Shown: one piece after another, positions 59,235 through 64,000 of the stretch | Layout of the letters: every line of letters begins with the position of its first letter | How positions within the stretch are numbered: position 1 is the first letter of the stretch | Virus record (IMG/VR): IMGVR_UViG_3300027788_000010 | Coordinates: 8,373 to 72,372 of that record | Length of the DNA: 64,000 bases | DNA from: a virus | Reading direction: 5' to 3' (one strand) | Program-made: the position numbers and the translations under genes | The notes under the pieces: generated by a model | What the model was told of the DNA's origin: nothing | The model's input: only the letters and a program-made list of their open reading frames with translations | Database searches by the model: none

Positions 59235-60974
59235 ATGGATATAAATTTACCGGAAATAAAAGCTAAAAAAATACTTTTAAGTTATAGTGGTGCAAATAAC
59301 TATATAGCTCAATTAGGGTATTCCCATAATGTTTATAAATCCAAACAACTTACCCGTAGACAATCCGAATATATACTTAATAATTATAAAGACATACCTA
59401 AAGTAGCTAAAAAATGGGTTGAAATTGATGATTATTTTGCTGAAACTCTTATGGTACAAAAACTATTACAGAATAAACCTTCTAAGATTTGGGTTGAAAA
59501 GATTTTATCTGAGACCCCAAAAGCTTTTCATCTGTGGGGTAAAATTCTAGACTCTGATAGGTTTTCTGATTTTTGGGTACCTAAAAATCAGTTAATTATT
59601 AATAAAGAAAGGATTGTAAAGGTAGACTACACACCGTACTCCAACAGAGAACCATACGAACACCAAAAAGTAGCCATAGAAAAATTATTAGGTAATAATA
59701 AGTTTATATTAGCCGACGATATGGGTGTTGGTAAGACCACCAGTGCTGTAATAGCTGCCATAGAAAGTGGTGTTAAAAAAATTCTAATTATATGTCCAGC
59801 GACTTTGAAGTTTAATTGGAAGCGTGAGATAGAGAATTACACTAACGAAACAATAACAATTGTCGATGGTAAAAAGTGGGGGTCTAGCAAGTTTATAATA
59901 GTAAATTATGACATATTAAAAAATTTCCACTCTACAGATAAGAAAGATAATTTAAATATAATCAATGATGAAAATTTTGATTTGGTGATAATGGATGAGG
60001 CTCATTACGTATCAAATTCAAAAGCCCAAAGGACTAAACTAGTAAACGACATTACATCTAGGGTTAATAGGGTTTGGTTGTTAACTGGAACACCAATGAC
60101 GTCAAGACCTATGAATTATTACAACCTTCTTAAGATTGTAGAGTCTAGAGTGACGAATAATTGGGTTGGGTACGTTAAAAGGTATTGTGAGGGGTACCAA
60201 ATAAATAGGGGTGGTAGGAAAATATGGTTAACTAATGGTGCGTCAAATCTAGATGAATTGAGAGATAGGACAAAACAAAAAGTATTAAGGAGGCTAAAAG
60301 AAGAAATATTAGATTTACCAGATAAAATAATAACACCAATATTTTTAGAACTTAATTCTAATGAGTATAAAAAAGAGGTTGGTGAGTATCTAGATTGGGC
60401 GGATAAAAATGGAAATGAAAGTTTGTCTATACAACTAACTAAATTAATGAAAGTTAGACAAATTATAGCTAACGAAAAATTAAAAAATACCTTTGAGTTA
60501 GTTGACCAGTGCTTAGAACAAGATAAAAAAGTTATAGTTTTTACAAATTTCACTAACCCTTTAATGGAGATATGGTCTAAATATAAAAAAGTATCGGTAC
60601 CTTTGTATGGTAAAATGAACCAACAACAGAGACAGGAAAGTGTCGACTCTTTTCAAAACGACCCAAAAATAAAAGTATTTGTTTCAAATATAAAATCTGG
60701 TGGTGTTGGTATTACGTTGACCGAAGCTGAAGTTGTTATTTTTAATGATTTGTCATTTGTACCATCAGACATGTCACAAGCTGAAGATAGAGCGTTCAGA
60801 ATAGGTCAAAAGAAAAACGTATCTTGTTTGTACCCTATTTTTGATAATACTTTGGAACGGGTTATATATAATATGGTACAAAGAAAAAAACGTATAATCG
60901 ATACAGTGTTAGGTGATAATATAAATGATGAAGATTTTATGTTAAGTATTATAGAGGAAATGCAATCACTTTAA
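59235..60974 (+). CDS. SNF2-family (SMARCAL1/HARP-like) ATP-dependent helicase
   Basis: ILADDMGVGKT, IICPATLKFNW, IMDEAH, LLTGTP, GGVGITL, QAEDRAFRIGQ. Confidence 0.92.
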   Translation: MDINLPEIKAKKILLSYSGANNYIAQLGYSHNVYKSKQLTRRQSEYILNNYKDIPKVAKKWVEIDDYFAETLMVQKLLQNKPSKIWVEKILSETPKAFHLWGKILDSDRFSDFWVPKNQLIINKERIVKVDYTPYSNREPYEHQKVAIEKLLGNNKFILADDMGVGKTTSAVIAAIESGVKKILIICPATLKFNWKREIENYTNETITIVDGKKWGSSKFIIVNYDILKNFHSTDKKDNLNIINDENFDLVIMDEAHYVSNSKAQRTKLVNDITSRVNRVWLLTGTPMTSRPMNYYNLLKIVESRVTNNWVGYVKRYCEGYQINRGGRKIWLTNGASNLDELRDRTKQKVLRRLKEEILDLPDKIITPIFLELNSNEYKKEVGEYLDWADKNGNESLSIQLTKLMKVRQIIANEKLKNTFELVDQCLEQDKKVIVFTNFTNPLMEIWSKYKKVSVPLYGKMNQQQRQESVDSFQNDPKIKVFVSNIKSGGVGITLTEAEVVIFNDLSFVPSDMSQAEDRAFRIGQKKNVSCLYPIFDNTLERVIYNMVQRKKRIIDTVLGDNINDEDFMLSIIEEMQSL

Positions 60975-60975
60975 G

Positions 60976-60982
60976 TATTTAT
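60976..60982 (+). promoter_or_regulatory. TATTTAT putative late-promoter element, plus-strand copy
   Basis: 17 nt upstream of ATG 61000; orientation follows the gene strand. Confidence 0.6.
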
Positions 60983-60999
60983 TATGAAACAAACTAGTA

Positions 61000-62709
61000 A
61001 TGGGAAATATAAGAGAAGAAATAAATAGAGTTAATGAAATAATGGGGGTGTCTTTAATAAAAGAACAAACACCCACCAAAAACCAAAATTTGTTAGTAGA
61101 ATCTATAATGGGAAATATGAAATCTAATATTGGTAATGATTTTAATAACATTTATGACGAACTTAACTTTTGTAATTTTTTAGATTACTGGAAGAATAGG
61201 TATGGTGGTTATTACAACTCTAACCATTTTAGTACGTATGATGAACCAGTAAAAGAAGCTTTTAAAAAACACGAAACTGCCAACGCTGACCTTAAATTTA
61301 TTAGTGCTGTAGCTTATGCTGAGTCACGTGGTATAGCGGATAATAGAGGTAACCCAACTTGTTATGGTTTATTCCAATACTGTAGAAAATATATGCACAC
61401 TTATGGGATAAACAGTAGAGAGGAGGGTGAAAACCCAGATATAGCAACTAGACAATTTGTTAAACACATAACTAAACTAGGGAATAACCTTTCAACATAC
61501 ACCGGTAAAGATGTTTTTGCTCCTGAACACCAATATTTACTTTATCTAGCTTGGCAACAAGGTTCTGGTGGTATTAGAACTATAATAGATGGTTGTAAAG
61601 ATGGGGTTTCCTCAAGTAAAGATGGTTCTGGTGATGTCGATGTTCAAGTTTATGATGTTGTTAGTTCGGTTCAAGTTGACGATGTTTTATCTGGTGAAGC
61701 GACAATTAAACGTGGTGATATGGGTGATTTAGTATCCTACATACAATCGGTACTAGTTTTTGACTATAGTGTTGATTTAGGTGATTTTGGTGAGTTAGAG
61801 GATGGCATAGATGGTAAATTTGGACCTAAGACTGTGGAGGGGGTTAAACTCTTCCAAGAAGATTTTGGTTTGGTGACTGATGGTGTTGTGGGTCCCTGTA
61901 CTTTAGATACTATATTAGAGGGTTCTGTTCATAGTTGTTGTAAACCTGATGGGTGTAAAAATAATAGTTGTAAAGACTCTAAATGGTGTAAATCAATTAA
62001 AAAAGACAAAAAGTCTGTAAAAACTAAACAAAAAGATAAAGTAGATTATGGTAACATTTCAGAAATTGAGCCGGAATCTCCATGTAGTGGACTACAACTA
62101 GCTAAAATACCTAACGCTGTAAATGCTTGGAGGAGTGGTCAACCTACAGCTGAAGAATTAGTTTGGATTATTGAAACTTATAATATAGAACATATTGTAA
62201 GAATGAATGGTGATAGTGCCAGTGATAAATCCGCAAGGTGTGGTGGTACTCTTACCACAAAAGAAGAGGAGAAAATAGCGAGTTATTATGGTGTTGAATG
62301 GTACGGTAACACCAAACACACTTCTGGTGGTAGTTTTTATAGTTCACACGGAAAGGGTAAACCTGGTGTGGGTAGAAATATTACAGGAGGTAGTGTACCA
62401 CCAATAGTAGACCTTATTGGGGAGGGTAATGTTTTAGTTCATTGTAGGAATGGGGCTGACAGAACAGGACAAATGGTTGGAGCTTTCCTGTCTCAATATT
62501 GGTCCAACCCAGAAGATTTATGGGATTATGCGATAAAGTTTAATAATTGGGGTGGCCCAAGTGGTCATATTTGTGAACCTGGGGGTAACTGGGGGTATAT
62601 AAAATATATGGAGGCTTTCTACCCCTTAAGGGATTGGTGTCAAGCTGACGAAAATAGAAGTAGTTGTTCTTCTTGTAAAAATATAGATAAAATAGATAGA
62701 GTATATTAA
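61000..62709 (+). CDS. Fusion of lytic transglycosylase-like, peptidoglycan-binding and tyrosine/dual-specificity phosphatase domains
   Basis: AVAYAES...YGLFQ...YLAWQQG (SLT-like); IKRGDMGDLVSYIQ...DGKFGPKTVEGVKLFQ...DGVVGPCT (PG_binding_1); WRSGQP...VLVHCRNGADRTG (CX5R). Confidence 0.8.
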   Translation: MGNIREEINRVNEIMGVSLIKEQTPTKNQNLLVESIMGNMKSNIGNDFNNIYDELNFCNFLDYWKNRYGGYYNSNHFSTYDEPVKEAFKKHETANADLKFISAVAYAESRGIADNRGNPTCYGLFQYCRKYMHTYGINSREEGENPDIATRQFVKHITKLGNNLSTYTGKDVFAPEHQYLLYLAWQQGSGGIRTIIDGCKDGVSSSKDGSGDVDVQVYDVVSSVQVDDVLSGEATIKRGDMGDLVSYIQSVLVFDYSVDLGDFGELEDGIDGKFGPKTVEGVKLFQEDFGLVTDGVVGPCTLDTILEGSVHSCCKPDGCKNNSCKDSKWCKSIKKDKKSVKTKQKDKVDYGNISEIEPESPCSGLQLAKIPNAVNAWRSGQPTAEELVWIIETYNIEHIVRMNGDSASDKSARCGGTLTTKEEEKIASYYGVEWYGNTKHTSGGSFYSSHGKGKPGVGRNITGGSVPPIVDLIGEGNVLVHCRNGADRTGQMVGAFLSQYWSNPEDLWDYAIKFNNWGGPSGHICEPGGNWGYIKYMEAFYPLRDWCQADENRSSCSSCKNIDKIDRVY

Positions 62710-63182
62710 TGATGGATGATTTTGAAAAACTTATAGACGATTTAGACCCTACGCAGGGTGGACCTCTACTAACATTGAGTAGTGTGGAAAGGCACGATGT
62801 GGCACGTTTTATAGAACAACTTAGGTTGTGGGGTAAATATAATATGGTAACGACAGATTTAAGTCCTTATTTAACTGACCCTAAGACAGTTATAGAAGGA
62901 GAATTAGCTCATGAGATATTGTTATACGCTACAGAAACTGGGGAATTCCCTGTTAACATGTCAGAGTTTATGGAAAACCAACCGGAACCATTACAATATA
63001 TCTGGGAAAATTCTCAAAAAATGAGAGATTTAATGACTAGAGCTACTTTAAAGTTTTTAGAATCTCAAAACTTACCAATGGACGATAAAACCATTAACGA
63101 TGCTTTTATAATGTTAGCTAGAAAAATTTATAGAAGTATTTTAACTGGTCCTTATTTAGAAAGAGTACAATCAAAAAGATAA
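62709..63182 (+). CDS. Hypothetical protein
   Basis: 157 aa; start overlaps the upstream stop (TAATG); FIEQLRLWGKYNM motif. Confidence 0.6.
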   Translation: MMDDFEKLIDDLDPTQGGPLLTLSSVERHDVARFIEQLRLWGKYNMVTTDLSPYLTDPKTVIEGELAHEILLYATETGEFPVNMSEFMENQPEPLQYIWENSQKMRDLMTRATLKFLESQNLPMDDKTINDAFIMLARKIYRSILTGPYLERVQSKR

Positions 63183-64000
63183 TGTCGGTTTTGATATTTC
63201 TGGAAAATTTTTAACAACGTTAGTACCTAACCATTTACCCCAACCATTATTTAACTTAGAGGACCACTTCCAAAATTGTTTGTGATTTATACCACCACCT
63301 ATCGGACTTACATCTTTTTTTGTTAGTGGGTTACCCGTTTTCATGGAACTGTATAATTTATTTTTATTTTTAAATAACAATATTAATAACGGTAATTTTA
63401 CACCATTACTTTCTAAACCCATAATAGTTTTAAAAGATTCTTTAGAAAGTGGGGCTAATTTTGCCATAACCTTAGCGTCTACATTATATTTTTTTAAGGT
63501 TTGGGTTACCTTTGCTGGTTGTTGTTTTAATTGTACTTCTATATTATCCACCACTTTATCTATAAATTCTTTAGTTTGTACCTTATTAATATCCGTAATA
63601 TCTTTTAACGTATCAAACTTATATTTCTTAAGTAGTTCGGTTTTTTCGTTTGGTTTTTTTATGTTTTTAGTGGGTTTTATTGTTTTTACACTTTTATCAG
63701 CCCTTACTTTTGATGGTTCTTCTATGTTTCCACCACGAACTATTGGTCTTACTACCCTAGCTACTCTAGGTTGTTCTCTATCTCTTGTTGGTTGTTCTCT
63801 ATCTCTTGTTGGTTGTTCTCTATCTCTTGTTGGTTGTTCTCTATCTCTTGTTGGTTGTTCTCTATCTCTTGTTGGTTGTTCTCTATCTCTTGTTGGTTGT
63901 TCTCTATCTCTTGTTGGTTGTTCTCTATCTCTTGTTGGTTGTTCTCTATCTCTTGTTGGTTGTTCTCTATCTCTTGTTGGTTGTTCTCTATCTCTTGTTG
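63171..64000 (-). CDS. Hypothetical protein, 5'-truncated at window edge, with RDREQPT tandem repeats
   Basis: The frame of track ORF 63171..63554 stays open upstream through ...RDREQPRVARVVRPIVRGGNIEEPSK...KEFIDKVVDNIE to the window edge. Confidence 0.75.
   Translation of the reverse strand, partial: TRDREQPTRDREQPTRDREQPTRDREQPTRDREQPTRDREQPTRDREQPTRDREQPTRDREQPTRDREQPTRDREQPRVARVVRPIVRGGNIEEPSKVRADKSVKTIKPTKNIKKPNEKTELLKKYKFDTLKDITDINKVQTKEFIDKVVDNIEVQLKQQPAKVTQTLKKYNVDAKVMAKLAPLSKESFKTIMGLESNGVKLPLLILLFKNKNKLYSSMKTGNPLTKKDVSPIGGGINHKQFWKWSSKLNNGWGKWLGTNVVKNFPEISKPTLSF
63769..64000. repeat. 21-bp perfect tandem repeat x11+ (GGTTGTTCTCTATCTCTTGTT), coding RDREQPT on the minus strand
   Basis: Identical head-to-tail units with no spacers, running off the window end. 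Confidence 0.95.

Noticed and set aside
28120-60974. Inteins or introns in RNR, helicases, UvsX or the sheath
   Set aside because: The enzymes have normal lengths with contiguous motifs; the sheath insertion lacks intein terminal motifs and endonuclease signatures.
598-61151. Many short track ORFs antisense or out of frame to long genes (e.g. 27345..27968, 31940..32542, 35513..36115, 48923..49318, 51753..52064, 60119..60553)
   Set aside because: They are shadows of well-supported genes, with Ser/Leu/Phe/Ile-biased translations and no recognisable motifs.
63171-63554. Track ORF as a complete 127 aa gene
   Set aside because: The frame stays open to the window edge; the GTG start is internal.
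63769-64000. Possible CRISPR array
   Set aside because: Units are head-to-tail with no unique spacers, are a multiple of 3, lie in an open reading frame, and no cas genes are present.
1-64000. Stop-codon reassignment as in some large phages
   Set aside because: Genes are full length in the standard code, and TAA, TAG (e.g. 27188, 28120, 49417) and TGA (35380, 63171) all occur at sensible gene ends.
1-64000. tRNA, rRNA or riboswitch genes (e.g. a cobalamin riboswitch near nrdJ)
   Set aside because: Intergenic gaps are short and AT-rich with no recognisable cloverleaf or conserved boxes; nrdJ starts 4 nt after the helicase stop.

Overview
AT-rich, gene-dense 64 kb segment of a large T4-like myophage (jumbo-phage type) in the standard genetic code, with most genes on the minus strand. 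Reading in the direction of transcription (right to left) it carries: neck and tail-terminator-like genes, an unusually long tail sheath (1375 aa), tail tube, a tail assembly chaperone with an unannotated +1-frame extension, tape measure, tube-initiator-like and gp53/LysM-like genes, and a 2069 aa hub protein with a C-terminal M23 peptidase. Next comes a replication block (gp32-like SSB, UvsX/RecA, SlyD-like PPIase, 5'-3' exonuclease, DnaB/gp41 helicase, class II RNR, DUF5522-like protein), then gp25- and gp6-like baseplate genes and about 25 kb of large Ser/Thr/Gly- and Cys-rich putative baseplate/fibre genes. Plus-strand genes encode a CAP-domain protein, a small RHH protein, an SNF2 helicase and a transglycosylase/PG-binding/tyrosine-phosphatase fusion. 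TTG-N19-TAnnTTTG promoters and SD-less, A-rich starts point to a Bacteroidota host. The most notable signals are a likely programmed +1/-2 frameshift before the tape measure gene, a TATTTAT putative late promoter, a shared (I/L)xEE leader on unrelated late proteins, a pervasive [ST]-[GA]-x-[ST] motif in virion proteins, and a possibly split Cys-rich virion gene pair. All calls come from motif recognition by eye; no database search was run.
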